From: Balamuthia mandrillaris | Lineage: Eukaryota | DNA length: 56,689 nucleotides | Direction: 5' to 3' | Assembly: GCA_031835245.2 (NCBI GenBank) | Contig: JAVKOQ020000054.1 | Location: 186,001-242,689 of the forward strand | Part shown: in pieces, positions 32,973 to 46,982 of the stretch | Layout of the letters: every line of letters starts with the position of its first letter | Numbering within the stretch: position 1 is the first letter of the stretch | Translations under genes and position numbers: made by a program | Notes under the pieces: model-generated | What the model saw: only the letters and a program-made list of their open reading frames with translations | Databases searched by the model: none | What the model was told of the DNA's origin: nothing

Positions 32973-35900
32973 TCAAGAGGATGACTTCAAGAAGGCTTCC
33001 CTCATTTCCATCATCTGCTGTTGCAGCAGCACCAACTGCTCATTCATCGCTTTTAACTCTTGTACTTCTCTCTCCAGTTTCTCCACTTTTTCCTTCAGCT
33101 CTGTTACCTCATCTCCTTGTTCTTCTTCGCCTCTTCTTCTGAACGTACTTCCACCCACGTAAAGGTCTCCCTCCACATAAACATCTCCATCGCGAGTGAC
33201 CAACAAGCCATTGCTGTTGGCACTGCATCCTGTCAAACTCACCGTGCCCGTTCCTACGGAGAAGATGGCGTCCAGTGTAGCGGCCGTCGCCGCGTCGTTG
33301 CACCATCCAAAGACGGCTTCCGCGTCCAGAGAGGTTTTCACGTTGATGCCATGCGCGAAGGAGCCTTCTCCAGTGGCGCGCACCACCGCTCCTGAACCGC
33401 GGGCTGTTTATTTTCATTATGAATGTTTAGAAAAAAGAGAGAGTTTGCGTTTGTGGATTTTGTTAAGCACGTACCCACACCGGATGCATGTGAGCCAACA
33501 GAGAGAGCTTCTACGAAGCCGCCATTGTAGGCTTTTTGGTTTTGTTGTTTGAGTGGAGGAATGAAAATAGAGAAACGAGAGGAGTGAGGCTTACCATAAC
33601 CAGCAGCGTGAGCTCCCTTCTCATCTGCTCTAATATATCCACCAGATTCAACTAAAGGTTTTTTTGTTTGAAAAGTATAGATAAAGTTTTGTTAAAAACC
33701 TCTGAGAAGAGAAAGAAACAAAAATATGATCATCTGACTTACCACATCCAGAAGATGATGCCCCGTAATTCTCTGCTATAACGTATCCAGACCCGTCAGC
33801 TATCAGCGAAATAGCAACATAAAAGAGGATACAGAGGAACAAAAAGTTAGTATGAAGAAACAGCCAGAAAGACAGGAAGAGATCAGTCTCTCAAGCAGAC
33901 CGTAGCCTGTAGCACGCGCTCCAGCTGCTGTGGCTTCAATATGACCACCCGATAGCGCTGTAGGTAACAACAAGAACAAGAACAAGAACAAGAACAAGAA
34001 CAAGAACAAGAACAAGAACAAGAACAAGAACAAGAACAAGAACAAGAACAAGAACAAGAACAAGAACAAGAACATAAGACAATAAAAGCAAGAGAATTAG
34101 GTATAACCCAAAGACATAAATTGTTTGTTTGTATCCGCAAACCGCACCGTAGCCTGATGCATAGGCTCCCTCAGCATTGGCTTTTATAGTTGCACTTCCG
34201 ACTGAAATAACAACAGAAAACAAGGAGTGGTTAAAACTGAGTAGGTTTGTTGATAAAGAGCCAACATACCAGCACCCGAGGCTTGGGCTCCATAATGCTG
34301 GGCCGAGATAATTCCCAAGGTAGCTAAGCAGATAAGAAAATATCAAGCAAGTCGGTGTAAGCCTCTTCTTGTTTTTTGTGTTCAACAAGACGTACCATAG
34401 CCCTGCGCAGAGGAACCGTCATGCGTGGCTTCAACAGTTGAGGTAAATTCAGCTTTAACAAAAGGAATATATATTAGGTCAGTCTGTGCCAACACACCAC
34501 TTTAAAAAAAACAAGAATTAAAAAAAGTCAACCGTATCCTCTAGCAAAGGCACCCTTGCCGCTGGCAGTGATTGTGGTGCCAGAACCAGATGCTTAAGAG
34601 GGGAGTGGCAGGGAAGCCGAGTATGAAAAGGAGAAGTAAGAATAAGAATGATAAGAAAAAACAATAAATCGAAACTGTGGGAGGATAGATCGCCACTTAC
34701 ACCACCCGGAAGCGTGTGCGCCATCTCCACTTGCGTAGATACTTCCAGAATTAACTGTTTATCACATTTGGGTGAAAGAGAGAGAGAAAAGAGAAGATAG
34801 AGTGAATGGGAATGTAAAGGAAAAAGAAAAGTGAAAATCAACCATAGCCATTTGCAAAGGAACCATGTGCTGCAGCCGTGGTGCCCAAGCCAAACGCAGC
34901 AGAATAGTCTCCAATGTTGGCCTCGTTCCATTGGGTGCCAGTGGCCTTGCCCGCACGAAACGCACCACGACTGCCATACCACAGCAACCGCACACCAGCA
35001 CCCGTCACAGTGGCTCCGCCGCCAGACAAGCCATCAAAGTTGGTGTTGGCCAAATTCTCGGTGGAGCTGATGACCATGGACCCGCTGGAGGAACGGTAGA
35101 TGCTGCTCCCTGTCTCCGTCCAGACCCCGCTCTTCCACTGGGTGCCACCCACGTAGAGTGCTGTCTTGACGTGAAGGGCTCCGGTCTTGGTGAGCAATAG
35201 CCCGTTGCTTTCGGAGGTGCAGTCGTAGGCGGCATCAAGGTTACCGATGCCCACGGAGAAGATGGCGTTGAGAGAATCAGCCTCGGTGCGGTCGTTGCAC
35301 AGGCCAAAGACGGCCTCGCCGTCGTTGCTGGCCTCCACATTGATGCCATGAGCAAACGATGCATCTCCGCTGGCTACTATCTGGGAGGTGAGACCAATTG
35401 CTGTTTGTTTTGTATTGGGTATAATATAACAACAACACCAACAAGAGAAATGAGATAAGTGTTAGTGTTCACGGAACCAAGGTGCTTTTTTCTAGCGAAT
35501 GACTTACCTATGCCAGATGCATGGGATGCGTTTCCAGTTGCCATTATTGAGCCAAAGTCCCCAGCTGTTTATAGAAAGAATTGTCAACACTAGGGCGTGC
35601 CTTAGAGAAACATGCAAGAACGAGAGAAAGAGTAGAATGTGGCATACTTTCGCCATAGGCATAGGACGCAGAAGAAGTAGCTGATATCGAAGAACTCTGA
35701 GCCGCTTTTGCATAAAACAAGTAGTAGTCCGGATAAATAGCTGGTCATTTACAATAAAAACAACAACCAAAGAAAAGAAGAAAAGCATTACCACAACCGC
35801 CTGCAAAAGACGACTGGCCAGAGGCTTCAATGGCGGAGTTATCAGCGACTAAATGGTCATGCATAGAGAAGAATTAGAACAACCCACCACCATTTATCGT

Positions 35901-38900
35901 TTACCGCAATCGCACACATACCATAACCTGATGCTCGTGCTGATTCACCGCTTGCCACAATCTGTCCGTTGTCCACTACAAGCCAAATGGTAAGCAAAAA
36001 AGCCATGGCACCCAACCAGAATTGGAAAGGAGTACCATAGCCAGAAGCAAAAGAGCCGCGTGCTTTAGCGGTGGTGCCCTGTCCAAAGGCCGCTGAGACG
36101 TAACCCAGCGCCTCCTCATTCCACTCGTGGTCCAGGGCCTTGCCCGCACGAAACGCTCCTCTGCTACCATACCACAATAACCTCACGCCCCTACCCACAG
36201 CGCCAAGGTAGGTCGACAGCTCATCGATATTCGTGTTGGTCAGGTCCTCTGTGCCGTTGATGAGGAGGGAACCACCGGAGCGATACACACTGGGCCCTTC
36301 CTCTAGCCAAGCGCCTGACAGTCTGGCCCCTCGAGAGTAGATGTCTCCCTCCACATGGACATCACCGAGGTTGGTTACCAGCAAGCCGTTACGAAAGTTG
36401 TTGCAGCTGTAGGTGCCGGAAATGGTGTTCAAGGTGCCCGAACCGACCGAGAAGATAGCATTTAGAGAGTCGGCTTCTGAACGGTCATTGCAGATACCAA
36501 AGACGGCCTCCCCGTCGTTGCTAGCATGGATGTTGATGCCATGAGCAAAGGATGCCACTCCACTAGAGAGAACACCCGAGGATACGCCATTTGCTGATCG
36601 TCGTTATCCGAAAGATGAGATAGGCAAAGGTAAACAAACGAAAAAGGGAACTTGTGAAATAAAGAACTTGCTGCTTACCATAGCCACTCGCAATGGAAGC
36701 ACTGCCGCTGGCCGTGATGGTTCCACTGACGGTGACTTAAAAAGTGTCAGTGAAAAAGATATCACAATAAAACATGGGCAAGTAGCAAGCATCGGGAGGA
36801 TTTCCTGGGAGGTACTCACCATAACCAGAGGCCTGAGCTCCAAGACTACTTGCTGTGATGCTGCCACTTCCCACTGTAATGCAAAAGAAAAAACGATAAA
36901 CAGAAGCAAAAACAAAACAAAAACAAAACAAAACAAAACCCAACCATATCCACTTGCAAAGGAGCCATGCCCGCTGGCTATGGTGCCCAAGCCAAACGCA
37001 GCAGAATAGTCTCCAATGCTGGCCTCGTTCCATTGGGTGCCAGTGACTTTGCCCGCACGAAACGCACCACGACTGCCATACCACAACAACCGCACACCAG
37101 CACCCGTCACAGTGGCTCCGCCGCCAGACAAGCCATCAAAGTTGGTGTTGGCCAAATTCTCGGTGGAGCTGATGACCATGGACCCGCTGGAGGAACGGTA
37201 GATGCTGCTCCCTGTCTCCGTCCAGGCTCCGCTCTTCCATTGGGTACCTCCCACGTAGAGCCCTGTCCTAACGTATAAATTTCCTGTTTGAGTAAGCAGC
37301 AGTCCATTGTTCTTGGCGGTACAGGCATTGCTGCTCAACGTGCCAGTGCCCACGGAGAAGATGGCGTTGAGAGAGTTGGCCTCGGTGCGGTCGTTGCACA
37401 GGCCAAAGACGGCCTCGCCCGTGTTGCTGGCCTCCACATTGATGCCGTGAGCAAACGATGCATCTCCGCTGGAGAGTACGTTTGAGGTTGCACCAATAGC
37501 TTTGTATTTTGGTTTAGCTTTAATGAAACAATATGATACAAGTGAAAAGTGAGAGTGAAAAAATGACAAACCAACACCAGATGCATATGCCGCTAAGCCA
37601 CTTGCTTCAATGCTACCCGCAGTATTAGCTGATATGATTTGTTAACGGGTCGTGTCAGTTCTTCGCATCTTTGTTGTTGCACATTGTATGAGTACGTACT
37701 ATATCCAGAGGCATGAGCTCCATTAGCAGTGGCTTTGATGTCGGATCCTCCAATAGCTATAGTTGTTTGCAGCGGTGCAAAAGGTGTGAGCAATTAAAAA
37801 TAAAAGATGAATGCAGAAAGAACCAAGTAACAAGAAGAACGAATAAATAACTCACCGTAGCCGCTTGCAGCGGAACCATCTGAGCTGGCTCTGATTTCAG
37901 AGCTGCCGCTGACTGAATTCAAGAAAGAGGCACAAGAATGAAAAGAGGAATACTGGTGAGTACATGAAGGAGACAAGACTGGAATGCAGTGGCGTCCAAA
38001 AAACTGAAATATTTTTGGGCATACCGTATCCAGAAACTGCAGACCCAAGGCCATCTGCTCTGAGAGTACCGCTGGCGACTATAAGCAGAGCATCACAAGG
38101 CACAAAAAAGTCGGTCAGCAAAACGCCAGTTCGGAATAGCACGCGCACCATACGCACCATATCCAGTGGCAAAGGAACCATGCCCATTGGCAGTGGCACC
38201 CAAGCCAAACGCAGCAGAATAGTCTCCAATTGTAGCTTCGTTCCATTCTGTGCCGATGGCCTTGCCCGCACGAAATGCACCACGACTGCCATACCACAAC
38301 AACCGCACACCAGCACCCGTCACAGTGGCTCCGCCGCCAGACAAGCCATCAAAGTTGGTGTTGGCCAAATTCTCGGTGGAGCTGATGACCATGGACCCGC
38401 TGGAGGAACGGTAGATGCTGCTCCCTGTCTCCGTCCAGACCCCGCTCTTCCACTGGGTGCCGCCCACGTAGAGCCCTGTCCTAACGTATAAATTTCCTGT
38501 TTGAGTAAGCAGCAGTCCGTTGCTTTCGGAGGTGCAAGCGTAGCTGCTCAACGCTCCAGTGCCCACGGAGAAGATGGCGTTGAGAGAGTCAGCTTCCGTG
38601 CGGTCGTTGCACACACCAAAGACGGCCTCGCCCGTGTTGCTGGCCTCCACGTTGACGCCGTGAGCAAACGATGCCGGGCCGGAGGCTATAACAGTTGATG
38701 TTGAACCATCAGCTGTGTTGATTTCAAGATAAAAAGCATTTAAGTCATCATAGCCACAGAAAACGTTCAGAGGAACGGCGGTCCAGACCTATGCCCGATG
38801 CATGAGCTGCATAGTCGTTAGCTTCAATAAGGCCTCCATTGTTCGCTATTGATGAAAAAAGAATTATTATTTCTTGGTGATGACAAATACGTGATATGTA

Positions 38901-41900
38901 TATCAATGTAGTTTTACCTTGACCAAAAGCAAAAGCGCCACTGGCGGTGGCTTTGATATCTGAATCTCCAGCAGCTTGTGTGTATGTTGTTTTTTTGTAG
39001 TATGTTAACACGTGGCTTCATGGCGAATACACATAGAGCGTACCATTGCCGCCAGCGTATGAACCGTCCCCGCTGGCCCTTATCTCTGAACTTCCCAGGA
39101 CTGAAAAAAGAAACAGTGCAAATGAGCCAATACAGACGGAGAGAAGAAGAAGAAGAAGAAGAAGAAGAAGAAGAAGAACAAGAAGAAGAAGAATGAAAGT
39201 AGCCATTATGGAGGCAACGCACCGTAGCCAGAGACTACAGCCGCGATTCCGCTTGCTCTGATGATACCGCTACCCACTTGTGCACGATAGGGTGAGCAAG
39301 AGCCGTCAGTGAATGCAAGAACGTTCATAATAAACAGAAATGAAAACAAAGAAAGAAATACTGCGTACCATAGCCCGTTGCGAAGGAACCCTGTCCACTT
39401 GCACCGACCCCCAAGCCAAAAGCAGCGGAATAATCTCCAATGACCACTTCATTCCATTGGGTGTTGGTGGCCTTGCCTGCACGGAATGCCCCACGACTGC
39501 CATACCACACCAGCCTCACTCCCGCTCCCTCCACCGTGGCCCCACTGCCCGACAGCCCATCAAAGTTGGTGTTGGAGAGATCCTCCACAGAGTTGATGAC
39601 CAGAGAACCGCTGGCCGTGCGGAACAAGCTGCTGCCTTCCTCCCTCCATGTGGCTGCCTTGTTGCCCTCCACATACAACCCGTTGATCACATGCACATCT
39701 CCTGTTTGTGTGACCACCAGGGCATTGTTCTGCGTGGTGCAGTCATAGCTGTTCAACGTGCCGGTGCCCACGGAGAAGATGGCGCCCAAGGAATCGGCCT
39801 CTGCACGGTCATTGCACACACCGAACACGGCCTCTGCGGTGTTGCTGGCCTCCACATTGATGCCATGGGCAAAGGATGCTTGTCCACTTGCCACAACACT
39901 GGATGTGGCTCCGTCAGCTGTTGTGCCGTTGCACAAACAACAACGAGATGGCAAAAGCATGAGAGAACAAAAACAAACAAACAAATAGGAGAAAGGGTGA
40001 TGACTGACCAACGCCCGAGGCTTGTGATCCCCAGTTGCTTGCCTCAATGGTTCCTCCATTGTTCGCTGGCACACAGACAGAAAGAGTCAATGCAAACGAA
40101 AATGAAACGTTTAAAGTTGTACGCACTCTGGCCAAAAGCAAACGCTCCGCGCGCACTCGCTCTGATCAACGAGCCTCCAGCAGCTTGGCAGTGCATGAAG
40201 AAAGAGGGTTGTCAGTTGCAATGAAAGGAGGGCTAAACAATTGCACCAATACAAGTGGTGGACAGCGGGAGGCAGCGTACCATAGCCTCTCGCAAAAGCT
40301 CCATCCACTGTTGCCCTGATGGTTGAACTGCCCAGAACTGGAAGAAGAACAAATAAAGCAAGAAATGAACAGATACAGAAATAAATGAGAGAAAGAAAGA
40401 GAAAAGAAAGAGAGAGAGAGAAGAGATCAGCGCACCATAACCAAATACTTGAGAGCCAATGCCGTCTGCTCTGATGATCCCACTCCCAACTGTGACAAAG
40501 AGCACAACACACCATTCCGTGTTAGAATGCCCCACAAAGAGCCCATGACAAAAATAAACAAATAAACAAAACAAACAACAAAAAACAAACAAGCAAATAA
40601 TAGAATATACAAAGAACAAGAATACAGACCATAACCACTGGCAAAGGAACCAGCACCAGCAGCCACGCCTCCCAAGCCAAAAGCAGTGGAATAATCTCCA
40701 ATGGCAGCTTCGTTCCATTGGGTGTTGGTGGCCTTGCCTGCACGGAATGCCCCACGACTGCCATACCACACCAGCCTCACTCCTGCTCCCTCCACCGTGG
40801 CCCCACTGCCTGACAGCCCATCAAAGTTGGTGTTGGAGAGATCCTCCACGGAATTGATGACCAGAGAACCGCTGGCCGTGCGGAACAAGCTGCTGCCTTC
40901 CTCCCTCCATGTGGCTGCCTTGTTGCCCTCCACATACAACCCGTTGATCACATGCACATCTCCCGTTTGTGTGACCACCAGGGCATTGTTCTGCGTGGTG
41001 CAGTCATAGCTGCTGTTCAGGGCACCAGTGCCCACGGAGAAGATGGCGCCCAAGGAGTCCGCCTCCGTGCGATCGTTGCACACACCGAACACGGCCTCTG
41101 CGGTGTTGCTGGCCTCCAGGTTGATGCCGTGAGCAAAGGATGCTTGCCCACTTGCCACAACACTGGATGTGGCTCCGTCGGCTGTTGTGCCGTTGCGTGA
41201 ACAACAAAAAGATGGAAAAACATATGAGAGTGAGCAAAAGCAAACAACATGGAATATGACAGGAGAAAGGGTGATGACTGACCAACGCCAGAGGCTTGTG
41301 ATCCCCAATTGCTTGCCTCAATGGTGCCTCCATTGTTCGCTGGCACACAGACGTGAAGCAAAACAGAGAATCGATATGGTGCAAACATCACATGAGAGAA
41401 AAGCAAAATTAGCATTGTGTTTCCTAAGCTCTTGGTTTCTTTTGTTGTACGCACTCTGGCCAAAAGCAAACGCTCCGCGCGCACTCGCCCTGATCAACGA
41501 GCCTCCAGCAGCTTGGCAGTGCATGAAGAAAGAGGTTTGTCAGTCGCAATGAAGGGAGAGCTACACAGTGCACCAATACAAGTGGTGAGTAGCAGCGTAC
41601 CATAGCCTCGTGCAAAAGCACCATCCACTGTGGCTCTGATGGTTGAACTGCCCAGAACTGGAAGAAGAACAAATAAAGCAAGAAATGAACAAACAGATAA
41701 AGAAACAACATGAGAGAAAGAAAAAGAGAGAGAGAGAGAGAGAAGAGATCAGCGCACCATAACCAAATACTTGAGAGCCAATGCCGTCCGCTCTGATGAT
41801 TCCACTCCCAACTGTGACAAAGGGCACAACAAACCATTCCGTGTTAGAGTGGTCCACAAAGAGGCCTTGACGATAAAACACGAAAACAAATAAAAACACA

Positions 41901-44900
41901 AAAACGAGCAGGAATACAGACCATAACCACTGGCAAAGGAACCAGCACCAGCAGCCACGCCTCCCAAGCCAAAAGCAGTGGAATAATCTCCAATGGCAGC
42001 TTCGTTCCATTGGGTGTTGGTGGCCTTGCCTGCACGGAATGCCCCACGACTGCCATACCACACCAGCCTCACTCCCGCTCCCTCCACTGTGGCCCCACTG
42101 CCCGACAGCCCATCAAAGTTGGTGTTGGAGAGATCCTCCACAGAGTTGATGACCAGAGAACCGCTGGCCGTGCGGAACAAGCTGCTGCCTTCCTCCCTCC
42201 ATGTGGCTGCCTTGTTGCCCTCCACATACAACCCGTTGATCACATGCACATCTCCCGTTTGTGTGACCACCAGGGCATTGTTTTGCGTGGTGCAGTCATA
42301 GCTGCTCAACGTGCCGGTGCCCACGGAGAAGATGGCGCCCAAGGAATCGGCCTCTGCACGGTCGTTGCACACACCGAACACGGCTTCTGCGGTGTTGCTG
42401 GCCTCCAGGTTGATGCCGTGAGCAAAGGATGCTTGCCCACTTGCCACAACACTGGACGTGGCCCCATCAGCTGTTGTACAGTTGCACAAACGAGTTAACA
42501 CAATGAACAACAAAATAGAATGTGGGTAAAAGGATGGTAACTGACCAACGCCAGAGGCTTGTGATCCCCAGTTGCTTGCCTCAATGGTGCCTCCATTGTT
42601 CGCTGGATAAAGAATCAATGCCATAGGAGAAATAAGATACTCTGCAAATATATTTCTTGCTCTCTTCGTTGGTCATACGTACTCTGGCCGTAGGCAAAAG
42701 CGCCCCGAGCACTCGCTCTGATCAACGAGCCTCCAGCAGCTTGTGAATAAAGAGACTATGTCAGAAACACACGTAGAAATAAACAAATGTAGCAAACTAA
42801 GCGTACCATAGCCTCTTGCAAAAGCTCCATCCACTGTGGCCCTGATGGTTGAGCTGCCCAGAACTGGCGGTACATAAAAAAAAAATGAAGAACAAGAACG
42901 AAGAAAGGTTAGATACAAAGCTCACACAATCTTGAGGCGTCCCTTTGCACGCACCATATCCAAATACTTGAGAGCCAATGCCGTCTGCTCTGATGATCCC
43001 ACTCCCAACTGCGACAAAGGGCATAAAACAACATTCCACAACAGAAAGTTTAGAAAAGAGATAGTGACAAACTAACAAATAAAACAGCAAGAATACAAAC
43101 CATAACCACTGGCAAAGGAACCAGCACCAGCAGCCACGCCTCCCAAGCCAAATGCAGCGGAATAATCCCCAATGGCAGCTTCGTTCCATTGGGTGTTGGT
43201 GGCCTTGCCTGCACGGAATGCCCCACGACTGCCATACCACACCAGCCTCACTCCTGCTCCCTCCACTGTGGCCCCACTGCCTGACAGCCCATCAAAGTTG
43301 GTGTTGGAGAGATCCTCCACGGAATTGATGACCAGAGAACCGCTGGCCGTGCGGAACAAGCTGCTGCCTTCCTCCCTCCATGTGGCTGCCTTGTTGCCCT
43401 CCACATACAACCCGTTGATCACATGCACATCTCCCGTTTGTGTGACCACCAGGGCATTGTTCTGCGTGGTGCAGTCATAGCTGCTGTTCAAGGCACCAGT
43501 GCCCACGGAGAAGATGGCGCCCAAGGAGTCCGCCTCCGTGCGATCGTTGCACACACCGAACACGGCCTCTGCGGTGTTGCTGGCCTCCACATTGATGCCA
43601 TGGGCAAAGGATGCTTGCCCACTTGCCACAACACTGGATGTGGCTCCGTCGGCTGTTGTGCCGTTGCACAAACAACAAAAAGATGGAAAATAAAAAAAAA
43701 ATGAGAGAACAAAAACGAACAAACAAACAGGAGAAAGAATGATGACTGACCAACGCCAGAGGCTTGTGATCCCCAATTGCTTGCCTCAATGGTTCCTCCA
43801 TTGTTTGCTGGCACACAACAGACAGAAAGAGGAATGTAAACGAAAGCAAGAAATAAGATTATTTGTACCAACCCAACATAGATTGAAGTTTTACGTACTC
43901 TGGCCAAAAGCAAACGCTCCGCGCGCACTCGCCCTGATCAATGATCCTCCAGCAGCTTGAAAGGTGAATGACGAAAGTCAGCAACATAACGGAGGAAAAT
44001 GTACGGCATGCAACAACAAAATTCATAAGTTAACAATGGAGGCCGCGTACCATAACCTCTCGCAAATGCACCATCCACTGTGGCTCTGATGTTGGAGCTA
44101 CCAAGGACTAACACCAGGCAAGGAGCAAAAAAACCACAAACAAGAGAGGAGTCAGGCACAAAAGTCATGTGAACATCGTGGGACGGTTTGCACGCACCAT
44201 ATCCAAATACTTGAGAGCCAATGCCGTCCGCTCTGATGATCCCACTCCCGACTGTGACAAAGAGCACAACACACCATTCCGTGTTAGAATGCCCCACAAA
44301 GAGCCCATGACAAAAATAAACAAATAAACAAAACAAACAACAAAAAACAAACAAGCAAATAATAGAATATACAAAGAACAAGAATACAGACCATAACCAC
44401 TGGCAAAGGAACCAGCACCAGCAGCCACGCCTCCCAAGCCAAATGCGGTGGAATAATCCCCAATGGCAGCTTCGTTCCATTGGGTGTTGGTGGCCTTGCC
44501 TGCACGGAATGCCCCACGACTGCCATACCACACCAGCCTCACTCCTGCTCCCTCCACCGTGGCCCCACTGCCTGACAGCCCATCAAAGTTGGTGTTGGAG
44601 AGATCCTCCACAGAGTTGATGACCAGAGAACCGCTGGCCGTGCGGAACAAGCTGCTGCCTTCCTCCCTCCATGTGGCTGCCTTGTTGCCCTCCACATACA
44701 ACCCGTTGATCACATGCACATCTCCCGTTTGTGTGACCACCAGCCCGTTTCTCTCCAATGTGCAATCATAGCTGCTGTTCAACGTGCCGGTGCCCACGGA
44801 GAAGATGGCGCCCAGCGTGTTGGCCTCCGCGCGGTCGTTGCACAGGCCAAAGACGGCCTCGCCGTCGTTGCTGGCCTCCAGGTTGATGCCGTGAGCAAAG

Positions 44901-46343
44901 GAGGCCTCTCCACTGGCTATCACACCGGATGAGCTGCCGCTTGCAAGGCCAGAGGCGTGGGCGGCCAAGTTGCTAGCCACAATAGTGCCACCGTCATCAG
45001 CTGGCCGGTGGGGTCCAAGAAGAAGCGAAGCTGGTGAGACACAAAGTGGAAAGGAGAGAGAGAGCAGGAGCAGAGAGAGAGAGCAGGAGAGAGAGAGAGA
45101 GAGAGAGAGAAGATGAAGATTGAAGCAGAGCGACAAACCATAGCCGCCCGCAAAAGAACTGTCGCCACTGGCAATGAGGCTTGAGCTACCACCAGCTGCA
45201 AGTAAGGGTGTAAGTGATAACTTCCAACTGTTGGGAGAGGGGGGGGGGGCCGCCCCCCCCCCGGGTGCTGGTCACCACCTCCCTCACGACGGAAGAGGGA
45301 CAGAGACACTCACCATAACCAGAGGCTTGCGCTGCAGTGCCGCTTGCCGTTATGCTTCCGCTGTTCACTGCAGAAGAGGAAAAGTGCTACCGGTCAGAAC
45401 AAAGGGCATTACACCAGGCACAACATGAAGGTGACGACTTCATCTTCTTCTCTCCTTTGCCTCTCCATTCGTTCTTTAATAATTGAAAGCGAAGAGGAAT
45501 GAAGCGGAGGAATAAAGAATAAGAAGCACAAGACGACGATGAAGAAGAACAAGAACAAGACGTCGCACAAACCGTATCCATTGGCAAAGGAGCCCTGTCC
45601 GCTGGCCGTAGGCCCCAAGCCGAACGCCGCGGACCACTCCCCAATGTTGGCCTCGTCCCACTGCGCGGCGGTGGCCTTGCCCGCGCGCAACGCCCCCCGG
45701 CTGCCGTACCACAGCAGCCTCACGCCAGCGCCCTCCACCACGGCGCTGCTGTTGGCGCCCAGCAGCCCATCAAAGTCGCTGTTGGCGAGGTCCTCCGGGG
45801 AGTTGATCACCAGGGAGCCGCTGGCGGTGCGATAGAGGCTGTTGGGCGCGGCTTTGGTCCAGGTGGCCGCCTGCTGGCCCTGCACGTAGACCTCCGCCAC
45901 GAAGAGGGCGTGGGGCACGTGGACGTCCCCCGTTTGGCTGACCACCAGGCCGTTGCCGCTGGTGTCGCAGGAGAGGGTGGCCGGGTTGAAGGCCCCCACC
46001 CCCACGGAGAAGAGGGCCTGGAGGCTGTCCCCCTCGGAGCGGTTGTTGCAGAGGCCCAGGACGGTCTCGCCCGTTCGGGTGGCCTCCAGGTTGATGCCGT
46101 GGGCAAAGGCTCCATCCCCGCTGGCGATGACGGCAACGCCGCTGCCTTTGGCTGTTGTTGTTTGGTTAAAACTAGCCAAGAGGAGGAGTGCTCAAGGAAG
46201 GAAGCTGTGGGGGAGAAGGACACAACTACGCACCCCAACCAGAGGCAACAGCACCGGCTCCCTCAGCTCTTATTTCACCGCCGTCGTCCGCTGTGGAATA
46301 GCAACACCAACCATTAGGCCATCCCAACAAAACAAAGGAGAGA

Positions 46344-46397
<54 letters not shown>

Positions 46398-46922
46398 CAG
46401 AGACAGAGAGAGAGAGAGAGCAGACAGAGAGAGACAGAGAGAGAGAGAGAGACAGAGAGGGAGATGAGAAGAGATGAGAGAAGAATGACAGACGGGCAAA
46501 GAGATAGCGAGACGAGGAACGGAGAAACAGAGCAAAAAGCGGAGAAGAGAAGCAACGCAAGTCCTACCCCAGCCGGTTGCAGTGGCCCCGGCTCCGCTGG
46601 CCGTTATGGCACCCGTGCCAGCTGTTTAAAGTGGGCGAAAAGTTGGCGGGTTAGCAACGACGACGCTAGCGAATGAAAGGAGAAGGCTGCTAAACAACTT
46701 ACCATAGCCGTTGGCTTGAGCTCCTTGGCCTTCCGCAGAAACTGTTCCGCTGTCAGCTGCATTTAAGCCATAATGTTGGTTCTTTTCTTTCACATACAGA
46801 AGGTGTGTCATGGAAGAACATACCATAACCGGACGCACGTGACCCTTTTTCACTTGCTGCGATCTCTCCATCCGAGCTTGACACTTTTGCAAACACACGC
46901 AAGGTAAGTAAGAATGACTGAG

Positions 46923-46982
<60 letters not shown>

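Noticed and set aside
33803..34388. ORFs with (FL)n, (CS)n and (VL)n runs
   Set aside because: Translations of an intronic (AAGAAC)n microsatellite.
39250..44780. Tandem 1.2 kb units as a transposon array or separate paralogous genes
   Set aside because: No transposase, TIR or LTR; the units lack their own start, signal peptide or stop and splice in frame into one gene.
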